A program made the position numbers and the translations under genes. From contig OZ024754.1 in the NCBI GenBank assembly GCA_964016885.1, positions 3,038,001 through 3,102,000 on the forward strand: a stretch of DNA of 64,000 nt, written 5' to 3'. The notes beneath the pieces are model-generated. The model saw nothing but the letters and a program-made list of their open reading frames with translations, had not been told where the DNA came from and searched no databases. This document shows, piece by piece, positions 14,557 through 26,722 of this stretch (its first letter is position 1; every line of letters begins with the position of its first letter). The DNA comes from Eledone cirrhosa. Taxonomy: Eukaryota.

Positions 14557-14572
14557 GTGTATATATATATAT

Positions 14573-14634
<62 letters not shown>

Positions 14635-14959
14635 ATATATATATATGTATATATATATATGTATATATATATATATGTATATATGTATATATGTATATAT
14701 ATATATGTATATATGTATATATATATATATGTATATATGTATATATATATGTATATATATGTATATATATATATGTATATATATATATGTATATATGTAT
14801 ATATATATGTATATATATGTATATATATATATGTATATGTATATATGTATATATATGTATATGTATATATGTATATATATATATGTATATATGTATATAT
14901 ATATGTATATGTATATATGTATATATATATGTATATATATATATGTATATATATATATG

Positions 14960-14990
<31 letters not shown>

Positions 14991-14999
14991 GTATATATG

Positions 15000-15044
<45 letters not shown>

Positions 15045-15270
15045 GTATATATATGTATATATGTATATATATGTATATATGTATATATATGTATATATGT
15101 ATATATATGTATATATGTATATATATGTATATATGTATATATATGTATATGTATATGTATATATATGTATATATGTATATATATGTATATATGTATATAT
15201 ATGTATATATGTATATATATGTATATATGTATATATATGTATATGTATATATATGTGTATATATATGTAT

Positions 15271-15301
<31 letters not shown>

Positions 15302-15311
15302 TATATGTATG

Positions 15312-15399
<88 letters not shown>

Positions 15400-15406
15400 T
15401 GTATAT
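10960..15406. repeat. ~4.45 kb interrupted (TA)n/(TG)n microsatellite
   Basis: Essentially all alternating purine-pyrimidine. Source of the spurious ~1500-aa Y/I/C/V/M ORFs. Confidence 0.98.
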
Positions 15407-15449
15407 ACGATATTAAACAAATGGAAACTATATTTATAAAACCATATTT

Positions 15450-15513
15450 ATTTCATTATACATATTTCAGGGATACCATATTAAAAATATGGCATGCCTT
15501 CGTCAGATAAAAT
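15450..15513 (-). ncRNA. Type I hammerhead ribozyme motif (left arm of palindrome)
   Basis: Reverse complement of the 15653-15716 motif, core intact. Confidence 0.68.
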
Positions 15514-15652
15514 ACAATATATAAACAGTTTTATAAATAATTTTGACGTACCATAATATAAGCGACCATTAAATTAGGAGGCAGCCTCCTAATTTAATGG
15601 TCGCTTATATTATGGTACGTCAAAATTATTTATAAAACTGTTTATATATTGA

Positions 15653-15716
15653 ATTTTATCTGACGAAGGCATGCCATATTTTTAATATGGTATCCCTGAA
15701 ATATGTATAATGAAAT
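15653..15716 (+). ncRNA. Type I hammerhead ribozyme motif (right arm of palindrome)
   Basis: ATTTTAT-CTGACGA-AGGcATGCCATATT-ttt-AATATGGTATcCCT-GAAA-TA-tg-TA-TA-ATGAAAT. Stem I 7 bp with one G-U, stem II 13 bp, minimal stem III, AUA triplet. Confidence 0.7.
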
Positions 15717-16135
15717 AAATATGGTTTCATAAATATAGTTTCCATTAGTTTAATATTGTATTTCTACTCCAAAAACTTGTCGAGTGCTTTATATCAATTA
15801 TAAAATATTTACTTGTTGTAACCCAACAAAGGCTAACATCTTTCTTTCAGACATATTAACATTTAGTTTATGTCTTTCATAAACAATTTTCCATCTTTTC
15901 AGACAGTGGCTTAAGTTTTTTTTTGCCAAAATTCAACTTCTTTCCATTACTGTGTCTGCAGTAACACTTCAGTATTTCAGCAGATAGTAACCCACAAAAA
16001 TATTTTTTCCCTTCTGAATAAATTACCTTCTCCACCTCCTTACTAAGGAAACTTTAAATTATTCCAAGCAACATTCTTCTTAAATGCATATTAGGCTATA
16101 AGTTAGTGCATCTCTCTCTCTCTCTCTCTCTCTCT

Positions 16136-16173
<38 letters not shown>

Positions 16174-16191
16174 ATATGCATGTGTATGTAT

Positions 16192-16442
16192 ATCATCATC
16201 ATCATTTTATGTCCGCTTTTCCCTGCTTGCAAGGGTAGGACGGGAACTGATTCTGGCTTGATTTCTGCAGCTAGATGCCCTTCCTAGCACCAACCTCATT
16301 TACAATGAGTGCTGGGTGCTTTTTCGCCATGGCACCTCTACGACCACTTTGCAGTGGAATGATAGGGACCCCAGTCCCTATCATTTCATTTCTACAGCTG
16401 AGTAAACTGGAGCGATGTGAAATAAAGTATCATTCTCAAGGA
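16192..16442 (-). mobile_element. SINE family 1, 5'-truncated
   Basis: Matches the 3' three-quarters of 9793-10126. Confidence 0.88.
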
Positions 16443-16653
16443 TATGTATGTATATATTTATATATATGCAGGCAAATTTATATGCAGCTGATGATACACT
16501 GTATCATCTCTGCTCCAAGTTTCTTGCCTCTACATCTTTTGAAACACATATGGACATGGAAACTGAGTGATGACAAAAGAAAATATCAGTTCCAAATAAA
16601 CTCTACACCATATATTGAGTACTATTTTCCCTCTTTCACCCAAACACACGTTA

Positions 16654-16833
16654 TATCATCATCATTTTACATCCGCTTTTCCCTGCTTGCAAGGGTGGGA
16701 CAGGTCCTATTCAGCACAGCATCTCTCCACTTGTCACGGTCCTTCGTCATCTCCTCCATGAGTAAGCGATCTGTTCCCACCACCTCTGCCCATGTTTTTT
16801 TGTGGTCTTCCTCTACTGCGTCTTCCTTCTACT
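16654..16833 (-). mobile_element. RTE-clade LINE 3' fragment
   Basis: Reverse complement matches the end of 20927-21207. Confidence 0.85.
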
Positions 16834-16914
16834 AGGATGGATATATATATATAAGGATGGTATTCTGAAGGGGATTGGAAACAAACCTCAATACATTAGT
16901 AGAGAAGGTATTTG

Positions 16915-16960
16915 TTGTAACTCTGGAGTTTCACCTGTTTATTACAGTTTCATCAGACAA
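16915..16960 (-). ncRNA. Type I hammerhead ribozyme motif
   Basis: Minus strand TTGT-CTGATGA-AaCTGT-aataa-ACAGgT-GAAA-CTC-ca-GAG-TT-ACAA. GUU triplet, followed by ctactaatgtattgag and then (TA)n. Confidence 0.65.
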
Positions 16961-17161
16961 GAACTACCATTTCAATGACAGACACAGTATAAATAGGGAA
17001 GAGTTGGGGTGAGGGAGGGAAGATTTAATTGAGAAGGGGTAATTAAGATAGTATGGACAGGGTGGTAATGGTAGGTGTATATATATATAATGTAATCAAA
17101 ACCACACTGGTATGTTAGATTTTTGTACATAATGTCATGTTTAAGGCAACTATATCTTATG

Positions 17162-17207
17162 TAATTCTGATGAGACCTAATATTAATGATGAAACACATG
17201 TAAATTA
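17162..17207 (+). ncRNA. Minimal type I hammerhead ribozyme motif, degenerate stem II
   Basis: TAATT-CTGATGA-gacctaatattaatgat-GAAA-C-acat-G-TA-AATTA. 5-bp stem I, GUA triplet. Confidence 0.58.
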
Positions 17208-17994
17208 AAATGTGATATAGTTAGCAGTGTTTGGTCTATTTTTCAATGTCAAAAGCATAAAGTTTATCTGAATAAGGACCATAGATCTAATAAAACTATC
17301 CCTATACCCTTATTTGCTGTCCAGTATTGTAGCTGGCAGCCAGGATTAATTGATTCTGACATGTTGTTTCACTGCAAGGACCAATTACAAGTAGCAGACT
17401 TTTACACTGTAAGAAATCAACTCTCTTGTCAAATATTCTACTTTTTTACCTACATCCATACAAAATAATATCTCACAACAAACGAGATGTGATTTTACCT
17501 TTGTCGGTTGTTATTGTTGCTGTTACAGTTTTGTTGTTTTGTGTGTGTGTCTTTTGTTTTTTCATGTCTTTTGGGGGTGTTTTTGTTGTGTGTGTGTGTC
17601 TTTTTTCCGTTGTTTTATTTTTCGTTTTTTTTTTAATCTTTGATAATTCTCTGTTTGGAGCTCCTTCAGTGACATCTTTTAACTGAAACTTGCAACGTTG
17701 TACTGGTGAATACAAGAGAGGCAATCAATTGTCTTACTCAATGTGTACCAGTGCTGATTGTATCTGAAGCCTGTGGGGCAATTCACCGCCGTGATGGCAG
17801 TGGTGGTGGTGGCTGGTCTCATCATTCACCCGCCCCTCATTGGACAACGCTGTTTGTCGTGTCTTTCTATGTGTATGAAAGGAACACTTGAGTGTGTATG
17901 AGCACACACATACACATGTAATACACACACATATATATGTGTGTGTATATATATATGTATATATATATGTGTGTATATGTGTATATATATATAC

Positions 17995-18028
<34 letters not shown>

Positions 18029-18035
18029 CTATACA

Positions 18036-18072
<37 letters not shown>

Positions 18073-18085
18073 CTATATCTATACA

Positions 18086-18128
<43 letters not shown>

Positions 18129-18955
18129 CTATATCTATACATGTGTGTATATATACATGTGTGTGTGTATATATATACGTGTGTGTATATATGTACATAT
18201 ATATGTGTGTGTCATCATCATCATCATCGTTTAACGTCCATCTTCCACGCTTGCATGGGTTTGTGTATATATGTACATACATATGTATATATGTATATAT
18301 ATACACGTGTGTATATATGTATACATGTATGTATATATATAACATGTGTGTATATATGTATACATGTGTGTATATATATATATATATGTATGTATATATA
18401 CATCATCATCATCATCATCATCATGTATATATGTATACATGTGTGTATATATGTATATATATATATACATATATATGTGTGTGTACATATATATATATAA
18501 ACACGTTCAGCTGTGAAACTTGAAGAAGCATTGCTAGTTAATATTAGGAGGACAAGCTCTAGTGACCCTTAACCAACAGACACCTCCTACACCCTGATGT
18601 GGATGGGGGCCCTCTTTCAATGGCGCTTGTTAAGATAATCCTCCAAAAGAGATTTGTGTTGGAAAGGTGAAGTAAATCTGGCTTACCATCGGGGTGGAAG
18701 AGGAAGGGGTCGGTGGTATGGGAGAAGAGGGGACGGTGGGAAGGAAGAGGTGTTGGTGGGATGGGAGAGGAAAGGGGTTGGGTGGGATGGGAGAGGAAAG
18801 GGGGTCGTGTGTGTGTGTGTGTGTGGGGGGGGGGTTATTTTGTTATATGCTACAATGTAGTAAGCTGATGCTGTTGTGTTGAACAACCAAACACAGGTGG
18901 TTGGTTGCTGTCTTCTCTTTCATCTTGGAACAATACAAGAGATGCCACTGCTGCT

Positions 18956-19198
18956 CACAACAACAACAACAACACCTTTATATATATATCACTACAACAA
19001 CAACAACACCCTTATATATATATCACTACAACAACAACAACACCTTTATATATATATCACTACAACAACAACAACACCTTTATATATATATCACTACAAC
19101 AACAACAACACCTTTATATATATATCACTACAACAACAACAACACCTTTATATATATATCACTACAACAACAACAACACCTTTATATATATATCACTA
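18956..19198. repeat. 34-bp minisatellite (cactacaacaacaacaacacctttatatatatat), ~7 copies
   Basis: Direct 34-nt periodicity (18990, 19024, ...). Confidence 0.93.
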
Positions 19199-19947
19199 CT
19201 CACCTACATTTCCTTTTACCAACTCTCTCTCTTTCCTCGCATCTCTTTTTTTCTCTACTCTCCCTCCACCTCTCATTTCTCCGTCTACTCTCCCTCCACC
19301 TCTCATTTCTCTCTCCCTCTCTCTTGTGCTCTCTTCTCTCCTCTACTCCCTTTCTCTTCTCTTATTCATCTCTCTCTCTCTCCTACTCCTCTCCTTTCAT
19401 CTCTCTCTCTTTCTCCTTTCTCTCCTCTCCCATCTCTCCCTCTCTCCTCGTCTCTGTCTCTCTCCCTCTCCCCTTGTCTCTGTCTCTCTCTCTTCGTCTC
19501 TTTTCTCTCTCTCTCTCCCTTCTCACTTCTCTTTCTCCTCTCCTCTTACTTTCCTCTCATTTCTCTTTCGCACTCCTCTCCTACTCCCTTCTCTCCTCTC
19601 ACTTCCCCCTCTTCCTCTCTCTCCCAACCCCCCTCTCACTCTCACATTACCACAGACACTACAGTACTCCTCCATGCCACAGATACTTCTTCATTCATCA
19701 TTGTAATACCCCCCCCCCCTCTTCACACTATCTCCACCCCCACCCCCTATTTTCAATTCAGAGTTTCTCTCCTCCCACACGCCCCATTATTTTCATTTAT
19801 TTATTTATCCCCCCACCATCACCACCACACCACCCACCACCACCACCGTCACCCACCATCACCACCACACTCCTTTAAAAAAAGAGATTTAAACATTAGC
19901 TTTGAATGTTTGCTTACACTGATTAATTTAAGTTATATGATAATGAT

Positions 19948-19982
<35 letters not shown>

Positions 19983-20267
19983 GTGTATATGTGTGTGTGT
20001 ATATATATATATGGGTGTGTGTGTATATATGTATGTGTATGTATATGGGTGTGTGTGTATATATGTATGTGTGTATAAATATATGTATGTGTGTGTATAT
20101 ATATAATCTTAGCTGTCTCCCCCTTTTCTGCCCTAACTTATGCCCTGACATTGGAGAAATAATAGGGTTTCAGTAGGGAATCGTTTATTTTTTGCTTTTT
20201 TTTTTGTATTTTTTATGTTACCTACCTTTTCCCTCATTTTTATTATTTTTATTATTTTACCTCTTAT

Positions 20268-20466
20268 TTAACCCGGATCACATCTGATTGACCAAACCTA
20301 TCACTGTTCAATCTATAGCCACCCTGGTATTTGTTGTCTTTCGTTACGCTTAGTAGATGTATATACACCCAAGACTACATTATGTTTTTATGTTTATTTC
20401 GTTTTAATATACTAGTGTAATTTGAGGGTGATTTGGCTACTATTCATAGTAGGTACACCATGTGGA
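20268..20466 (+). mobile_element. Dispersed repeat family D (other copies ~2136-2325, ~21225-21405, ~21546-21780, ~53408-53580)
   Basis: Shared blocks ttaacc...acctatgatca...gactacattat...gatttggctgctatt recur across the window. Class unresolved. Confidence 0.6.
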
Positions 20467-20890
20467 GTCCTCGTTGCTGGTTAGATAGAGTGACCATGGA
20501 GAGGCCTCATTGCTGGTTAGATAGAGTGACCATGGAGAGGCCTCATTGCTGGTTAGATAGAGTGACCATGGACAGGCCTCATTGCTGGTTAGATAGAGTG
20601 ACCATGGAGAGGCCTCATTGCTGGTTAGATAGAGTGACCATGGAGAGGCCTCATTGCTGGTTAGATAGAGTGACCATGGAGAGGCCTCATTGCTGGTTAG
20701 ATAGAGTGACCATATAGAGGCCTCATTGCTGGTTAGATAGAGTGACCATATAGAGGCCTCATTGCTGGTTAGATAGAGTGACCATATAGAGGCCTCATTG
20801 CTGGTTAGATAGTGACCATTGCTGGTTAGATAGAGTGACCATTGCTGGTTAGAGTGACCATGTAGAGGCCTCATTGCTGGTTAGGGTGAC
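20467..20890. repeat. 36-bp minisatellite (gaggcctcattgctggttagatagagtgaccatgga), ~11 copies
   Basis: Direct periodicity; gives the MERPHCWLDRVT pseudo-ORF. Confidence 0.95.
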
Positions 20891-20926
20891 TAAGTTGAGG
20901 CCCTTTGGTGGTTTATATATATATAT

Positions 20927-21207
20927 GTGTGTGCGGGAGAGAAGACTGCGATGGTATGGACATGTGATGCGCATGGAGGATGACCGTTGGGTGAAGAAGT
21001 GCCAAGAAATGCCAGTAGAAGGAAGACGCAGTAGAGGAAGACCACGAAAAACATGGGCGGAGGTAATGATAGTAGACCTCACATCTCTGAAACTCACGGA
21101 GGAGATGACGAAGGACTGTGACAAGTGGAGAGATGCTGTGCTGAATAGGACCCGTCCCACCCTTGCAAGCAGGGAAAAGCGGGCGTAAAATGATGATGAT
21201 GATGATT
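20927..21207 (+). mobile_element. RTE-clade LINE 3' end (RT C-terminus + 3' UTR + (ATG)n)
   Basis: RRLRWYGHVMRMEDDRWVKKCQEMPVEGRRSRGRPRKTW is the characteristic post-RT C-terminal motif of RTE-type ORFs. 5'-truncated. Confidence 0.88.
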
Positions 21208-22209
21208 GGATATCAATACATGTGGTTTAGCCCTAGTTCTGACCAGATACAACTGACCTGTATTGTTAAAGACAACTATGACTATCCTAGGCATAGTATA
21301 TCTAGGACTATAATATCCTATGTATATATTTCCTTTTATTTAAGGAGAGTAGGATGTAATAAGAGAGATTTGGCTACTTCTAATAGCTGGTTGAGTTACC
21401 ATGTTCTCTTGTGAGTTTGTATGTCTCTTGGTATATAATATATCTATCTATATATGTAGTTTAACCCAAGGCCTGACCTCATTCAGCAGGCCTATGATCA
21501 CATATATATATAATATATCTATCTATATATGTAGTGTGTTGCAGTTTAACCCTAGGCCTGACCTCATTCAAGGTCTATGATCAAATGACATTGCAACTGA
21601 CCATCCCATTGGTTTGTTTTTAGTATTTTGTTTAGTTTTAGTAGACAGCATATCTTGGATTACAATATCCAATGTATTCTTCCTTTTTTAAGAGAATAGC
21701 ATGTAATTCGTGTGAGATTTGGTTACTATTTTTAACAGGTCAAGTGACCTCATTGAATGAGATTTCATCATTGGTTCATGCCCTTGTGTGTGTGTGTGTG
21801 TGTGTGTGTAGGAGGATCTAGGTGTGTGGGTGGGTGCGTGGGTGTGTGTGTGTGTGTGTGTGTGTGTGATTTTGCCTAGGTGTGTGTTTTAGTTTTAACT
21901 AGTTAAATTAATGACCATGGCTTGTTTTTTTCCCCTTGATTACCAACGCAAGTGCCATTTCGGTACAGAGCCGACAATATTAAGATAGATTTCATGGATT
22001 GCAGTTAATTATTGCTACGTCTGCATAAAGAGAAGAATTAATGGCAAACTTAATATTCAATTTCCTTTTTAAAATTCGGTTCTCTTGGGGAAAACGGTGA
22101 ATATTTAAACAAAAAAAAAAATATTAGATATAAATTCAACAACAAATATAATATTGTTTTCTCTATATTTATTCATTCGTATTTTTTCTGATGATGATGA
22201 TGTTATTAA

Positions 22210-22249
<40 letters not shown>

Positions 22250-25200
22250 GCTGTTAGAATTAGTAATAGTAGTATTAGTAATAGTAGTAGTAGATGTTAT
22301 TGCGGTTAAGAGAATGTTGGATCAAGAAAATCCTTAGTTCCTTACGTTGTTAAGTTAGAGATATTTTATATTCTTGAGTTCAAATCTTGCCAAGATCTGG
22401 GGCCATTGCCAAACCTTAGTACTTGATTATCAGAATATTCTAGATGTGGATGGTGGGCACTCTAATTGCATTCTCTGAGTTCAAATCCCACCAAGGTTAA
22501 CTTTGCCTTTTGTACTTACGAAGGTCGATAAAATAAAAGTACCAGTAATGTACTGGAGTAAATTTCTGGCCTTGTGCTTAAAGTAGAAACAATTATTATA
22601 ACTGTAATAGTAGCTTAGTAGTGATGGTCTCTTGTGGTTGTGGTGGTAGCGGTAGTGGTGCTGGTGGTAGCGGTAGTGGTGGTGGTAGTGGTGCTGGTGG
22701 CAGTGGTAGTGGTGCTGGTGGTAGTAGTAGTAGTAGCGGTAGTGGTGCTTGTAGTGGTGGTGGTGGTAGCTGTGGTTTATGTTTGTAGTGCTAACAGAGG
22801 AAGTAGTGGTGGTGGTAGTGCTGGCAACAACGGCCATTGATGATGATGATGATGATTGTGATGATTGTGATGATGATGATGATGATAGACAGGGTTACAG
22901 TGAGTTTCCAGAGGTGGCAGATGTAAGATATATTGTAGAGATACAGAGACACGGCGGAGGCAGAGGACAGAAGAGGTCGCAGTGAGGGTTTAACTACATG
23001 AGAACTTGTCTGATGAAGACATCTAAGATTTTGTAACTGTGTTAGAACACTGTGATGATGATGATGGTGGTGGTGGTGGGGTGATTTGTCTGTGGAGTGA
23101 TGGTGGGGGTGATGATGATGATGGTGATATTTATGATGGTGGTGATGGTGATGTGATATGTTTGTGGAGTGATAATGGTGGTGATGGTGGTGGTGGTGGT
23201 GGGGTGATTTGATATGTCTGGAATGATAATGATGATGAAAGTGGTGGTGATGGTGGTGATGGTGGTGAATGGCGGTGGTGGAGGTGGTGGTGATGTGATT
23301 GGTCTGTGGGATGGCGAGAAGAAGTAAAAAGAAAATATATAATACTTCCTGCAAACAAGTGAGGTCATCAAAAATAGGGTGAGTTGTGACCCCCACAACA
23401 TGCTGGTATGTGAAGGGCTTAGAGCTGCAGACACCCAGCCTGATCTACTACACTGAAGCCTAGCAAAGAGATATGCTATCTTGTTCTGGTGTGTGGTCAA
23501 TATACCCGTGTGTGTGTGTGTGGTGAGTATATATCTGTGTATGTTTGTGTGTGTGTGGTGAGTATATCTGTGTATGTGTGTAAGTGTATCTATGTGTGTG
23601 TGGTGAGTATATGTGTGTATGTGTAAGTGTATCTATGTGTGTGTGGTGAGTATATATCTGCATATGTTTGTATGTGTAAGTGTATCTATGTGTGTGTGGT
23701 GAGTGTATGTTTGTGTGTGTAAGTGTATCTATGTGTGTGTGGTGAGTATATCTCTGTGTGTGTAAGTGTATCTATGTGTGTGTGGTGAGTATATCTGTGT
23801 AAGTGTATCTGTGTGTGTGGTGAGTATATATCTGCATATGTTTGTGTGTGTAAGTGTATCTATGTGTGTGTGGTGAGTATATGTGTGTATGTTTGTGTGT
23901 GTAAGTGTATCTATGTGTGTGTGTGTATGTGTGTAGCCTATCTTTATCAAGAAATTCCCAGTTGAAGGATTCTTAAGTCAGAGGTTTAACACCTTCCTTC
24001 ATAACTGTTGTCTGTGTCCTCTCTCCCTCTTTCTCTCTCTCTTGCCCTTTCCCTCCTGCCCTCTCCCTCCCTCCCTCTCTCTCTCTCTCTCTTGCCCTCT
24101 CCCCTTTCTTCCCCTCCCTCCCTCCTTCTCTATCCATCTCTCTTGCCCCCCTCACACACATATTTACAGTAAATAAGAAATAATTTAACTGTTCACGCCT
24201 GCCTCAAACGAACTGCCCCCCCCCCTCCCCCAGTAGATATCTGAGGTAAACATCTACCACTGCCCTTTGCTTGTAATCATGTCCTTTCCTGTATTGGAGG
24301 AAGTAGAAAAACAATTATAATACCTGGTCAGGTAGGAGTGGGGGTCTAACTAACTCTTGTGATGAAGTGAAATGAAAGTTTTATTCCCCCCCCCCCCCCC
24401 AGATAGAAGTCCACTAGCCCCCACCCCCTCTCCCTCTCTCTCCCCACTACCACCTCCAACTACCACCTGCACCTCCACCTCCATCAGATAGAGATCCACC
24501 GCTACCACCAGATAGAGCAGACCAAGGGAAACTTTAACAGAATCAACAGATGTTGCTGCTAGGAATGTGTCACATGTACATCTAAAAATGTACTCTTTGA
24601 CATCATCATCATCATCAACACCATCATTACTGTCATCACCACCCTCACCATCATCATCACCACCCTCACTGTCATCATCATCAACACCATCCTCACCATC
24701 ATCATCATTCTCACCATCACCATCATCATCATCACCACCATCATCATCATCATCATAACCACCCTCACCATCATCATCATTATCACCTTCACTACCCTCA
24801 CCATCATCATCACCATCATCACCACCCTCACCATCATTACCCTCATCACCATCATCATCATCATCATTACTGTTTTACATCTATTTCCCATGTTGTCCTA
24901 ATGCCAAAAATAGTAAAACACTCTCACTGGTTTGATTTTTGCTTCAGTATATTTTTATATTTTGAACCTTTATGTAATTGCTCCCTCCACACACTAGAAA
25001 TAGCAGTCAAATCTCCATCAAATCCCATTCACTGTTTTAGAAAAGGGAGGAGGATAATGTAGTTTTACATACCTTTATTATCTTAACCCTTAACATCCTG
25101 TACCACATAAAACATTAACAAGATATTCTTCAAAAGTATTGAAACAGCTCTCTGATTGACTCATCATCATTTTATGTCCAGTTTTCCCTACTTGCAAGGG

Positions 25201-26521
25201 TTGGACACATATTAAAAATTTAAGTCTTTATTTTAGTCTCCTGAAAATTTTCACAATGATCTGTCCACAAGTAAAAGATACTATTAACATTTGAATTAAC
25301 AAACCTCATATTTAGATATTTTCTGCTAAATCGTAACAGGTGTTAAAAGCTAAAGAAAGTTGAGATAGTCATGTTTTGAACAACTTTGATCAAAGCTGAC
25401 TTGCTGGTTAGAGAAACTAACTTGGTGACATTTCAAACTGAATTAGTTACATAACACTTCTTCAAGGTAGTTACCTGCCTGAATTGATCCTGTTTACCTG
25501 TCAGTTGCTTCTGACTTCCGTCAACTATATCAACTTGTCTTTATGTTGACACTTTTGACAATAGCGATTTCTATTGTTCATTGCTTATATATCAATTTAT
25601 GATAGCACAAAAAGCCACTGTGTTAAGATCTTTTATTCATAAAACATTGCATCATCTTATCCAGTCCCCCGCCATTCCACCTGGTCTTTTGAGGTTTTAT
25701 ATTGATTTTTCAAAGTGATCTTTTCATCTTACAAAATAGTTCTCTCTCTCTCTCCATTTGGAAGGTTTATTGCAACACTGTCAAAGCTCTTTTCAAGTGA
25801 AACTATTTCTTGTTCTTTGAAAAGAAGTTAACCTGGTACTTCAAAGTCAGAAGCCATACATTAATTCATCAGCTTTATATAGCTTTATTATTATCATTAT
25901 TGTTATTATTGTTATTATTATTATTATCACTATCTAGATGTTGTTGCTGTTATTGTTATTATTATATTGTTGAATTTTTTAATTTGCTTTTACACATTTC
26001 TATTTTCTTATTAACCTTTTTACACAGCCCAAACCCACTATGTATCGCCCTGCACCGTCTCTAATGTTTTTCTTCATGTTAGCCCTTGTGGCCAATAAAG
26101 AAACCATTATTATGTTTTTGATGTTATTGTTGTTGTTAAGCTGTTTGATTGACAGAATCATTAGAGCGTTGGAGAAAAATACCTTGTGGTATTTGTTCTG
26201 ACTCTTTTGTATTCTGTTCTAATCCTGCTGAGGTCAGCTTTTCCTTTCATGCTCCTTGACATCGATGAAATAAAAGTACCAGTAAAATACTGGGGTTATT
26301 TAATCAACTTACCTCCTTTCTCAAATTTCTGGCTATACATCTAAATTAGAGTTGTTATAATGTCAACTTATTTTATGGCATATAGTTACAGCCCTTTACC
26401 ATGAGTTAAAATCCTGTCAAGGTTTGATAAAATAAAGTACCAGTTACGCACTGGGGTCGATTTGATTGACTTTCCCCTCCTCCAAAATTGTTGGCCTTGT
26501 GTCTAAATAAGAATCCATTAT

Positions 26522-26722
26522 GCGGAGGATTGGCAGAATCGGTAGAGGGTCGGACGCCATGCTTTAACGCATAGAGTTATCTCCCTTTACGTTCTGAGTT
26601 CAAATCCCGCTGAGGTTAACTTTGCCTTTCATCCTTACGGGGTCGATAAAATAAAGTACCAGTAATGCACTGGGGTAATTGCTGGCCTTGTGCCAAAAGT
26701 AGAAACAATTATTATTATTATT
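26522..26722 (+). mobile_element. SINE family 2 copy (older copies at ~26140-26520 just upstream)
   Basis: Head ggattggcagaatcggtagagggtcgg, central domain, (ATT)n tail. Confidence 0.9.

Larger units (their letters stand above)
15405..15761. repeat. 357-bp near-perfect palindrome (178-bp arms, 1-nt centre at 15583)
   Basis: ...aaattaggaggc A gcctcctaattt... Arms match with about 4 mismatches by eye. Confidence 0.95.

Noticed and set aside
10921-15510. Four ~1500-aa ORFs
   Set aside because: They are translations of (TA/TG)n, which lacks stop codons in these frames. No protein-like complexity.
20433-20890. 36-bp repeats as a CRISPR array or repeat protein
   Set aside because: Head-to-tail units with no spacers, eukaryotic context and no cas genes. 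The same holds for the 47- and 48-bp arrays.
22885-23040. Possible exon (RQGYSEFPEVADVRYIVEIQRHGG) and a ctgatga motif
   Set aside because: No LRR pattern, the flanking LRIG exons already join in frame, and no GAAA or stem III follows the motif.
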